64,000 nucleotides of DNA from Bugula neritina (Eukaryota > Animalia > Bryozoa), in assembly GCA_964035545.1 (NCBI GenBank), contig OZ037772.1:2604001-2668000 (forward strand). Reading direction: 5' to 3'. This document shows, in pieces, positions 63,083 to 64,000 of this stretch. Made by a program: the position numbers and the translations under genes. The first letter of the stretch is position 1, and each line of letters opens with the position of its first letter. The notes under the pieces are model-generated. The model was not told where the DNA came from. It saw only the letters and a list, made by a program, of their open reading frames with translations, and did no database searches.

Positions 63083-64000
63083 GACAAACAGACAGATAAA
63101 CAGATAGGTAAATATTGATCACATATATACTGAAGCTACCAACTGAGACCCATACTGTGTTTTGATTTAGCATATACTGGTATATGATATCTTTCTACAA
63201 TGTGTTTACAGTTTACTCTACAAAGGATAGTTCCATCAGATGGACTCACTCTACTCACGTGTAAGACTCATCAAGAATGTTTACCCAATCAGATCTGTGG
63301 TAACGAGGTGTGCACACTGACATGTAAAAGTGACTCTGAGTGTACATTCAACCAGGTTAGATACTGCATACATGTCTCTATCCTAGCAGCTAATTGTACG
63401 ACCATATATGGAAGTGTTCAATTCAATGTCTATATATGGGATTATTTATCTCTGTGGCCATATATGGTAGCGAATGTCCTTGTGCATGTCCGTATTTGGC
63501 AATATGTATATCCGTGACCATATATGGTATGAACATATTTTATGACAAACTGTTTCTATGATGCATGTAGCTGTATGCGTTTTTATGACTATATTATATA
63601 ACAGCAATGTGAATAGCAGTTGATGAATGTATGCATTTCTATGACCTTATAGCTGTATATTTCTTCATGACTGTATTTAGTAGTAAACTATCTCTATGAT
63701 CATGATATAATATCTATTAAGCAAACTTTCTATTACACATCAGGTCTACTCTGACAGTAGCCTGTATACGTATAGATATCATTTACTGACTGGATGTTTT
63801 TCCTAACATTGCCCATAGCTTTTTTCGTGGCTCGAACCTATCATTTCGTGTTTACTAGGCAAACCCTCGAAAACCCCTAGACCATGTCTGCCACATGTTA
63901 TTTATTTATATGGGTGTCAGTGTGAAGTTCCGGTTTGTAGGAGATCCTGGTTAAATTGGACCACAAGGACCCAGTGGACGAGACGGAGAAAATGGAGCTC

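Larger units (their letters stand above)
61526..64000 (+). pseudogene. Decayed gene with Cys-rich C-x5-C-x4/5-C-x4-C repeats followed by collagen Gly-X-Y exons (continues beyond window)
   Basis: Exons at 61526-61711, 61941-62025, 62434-62492, 63231-63354, 63941-end; CDLDRDCGKLQICLEKRC, CTDNTACPSDGQICRHGVC, CKTHQECLPNQICGNEVC; GDPG*IGPQGPSGRDGENGA; in-frame stops at 61672, 62484, 63952. Confidence 0.7.

Overview
AT-rich invertebrate (probably lophotrochozoan; not determinable here) genomic window dominated by four complete Ty3/Gypsy LTR retrotransposons, each bounded by 4-bp target-site duplications and primed by tRNA-Leu. Three copies of family 1 are A (5322-12774 +), B (16219-23655 +) and C (43862-50920 -); a single related family 2 element is D (52178-59076 -). 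Host content is one apparently intact 7-coding-exon TRIM-like gene (RING, two B-boxes, coiled coil, beta-propeller; 14438-29119 +) with element A just upstream of its likely promoter and element B in an intron, the orphan last exon of an inverted TRIM paralog, an intron-containing but multiply disabled and 3'-truncated valyl-tRNA synthetase pseudogene (-), and a decayed Cys-rich/collagen gene at the right edge. There are also hAT/MULE/piggyBac-like non-autonomous elements, a LINE fragment and many minisatellites. The main novelty candidate is that family 1 carries a third ORF (357 aa) in the env position that is not Env. It has an acidic N-terminus, two zinc fingers and a C-terminal coiled coil, and shows an excess of synonymous changes between copies. 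The family-1 LTR has an invariant perfect dyad, its Gag lacks the CCHC knuckle, in-frame splice routes into ORF3 exist, and family 2 appears to carry a homologous coiled coil fused to integrase. All alignments and counts were done by eye.
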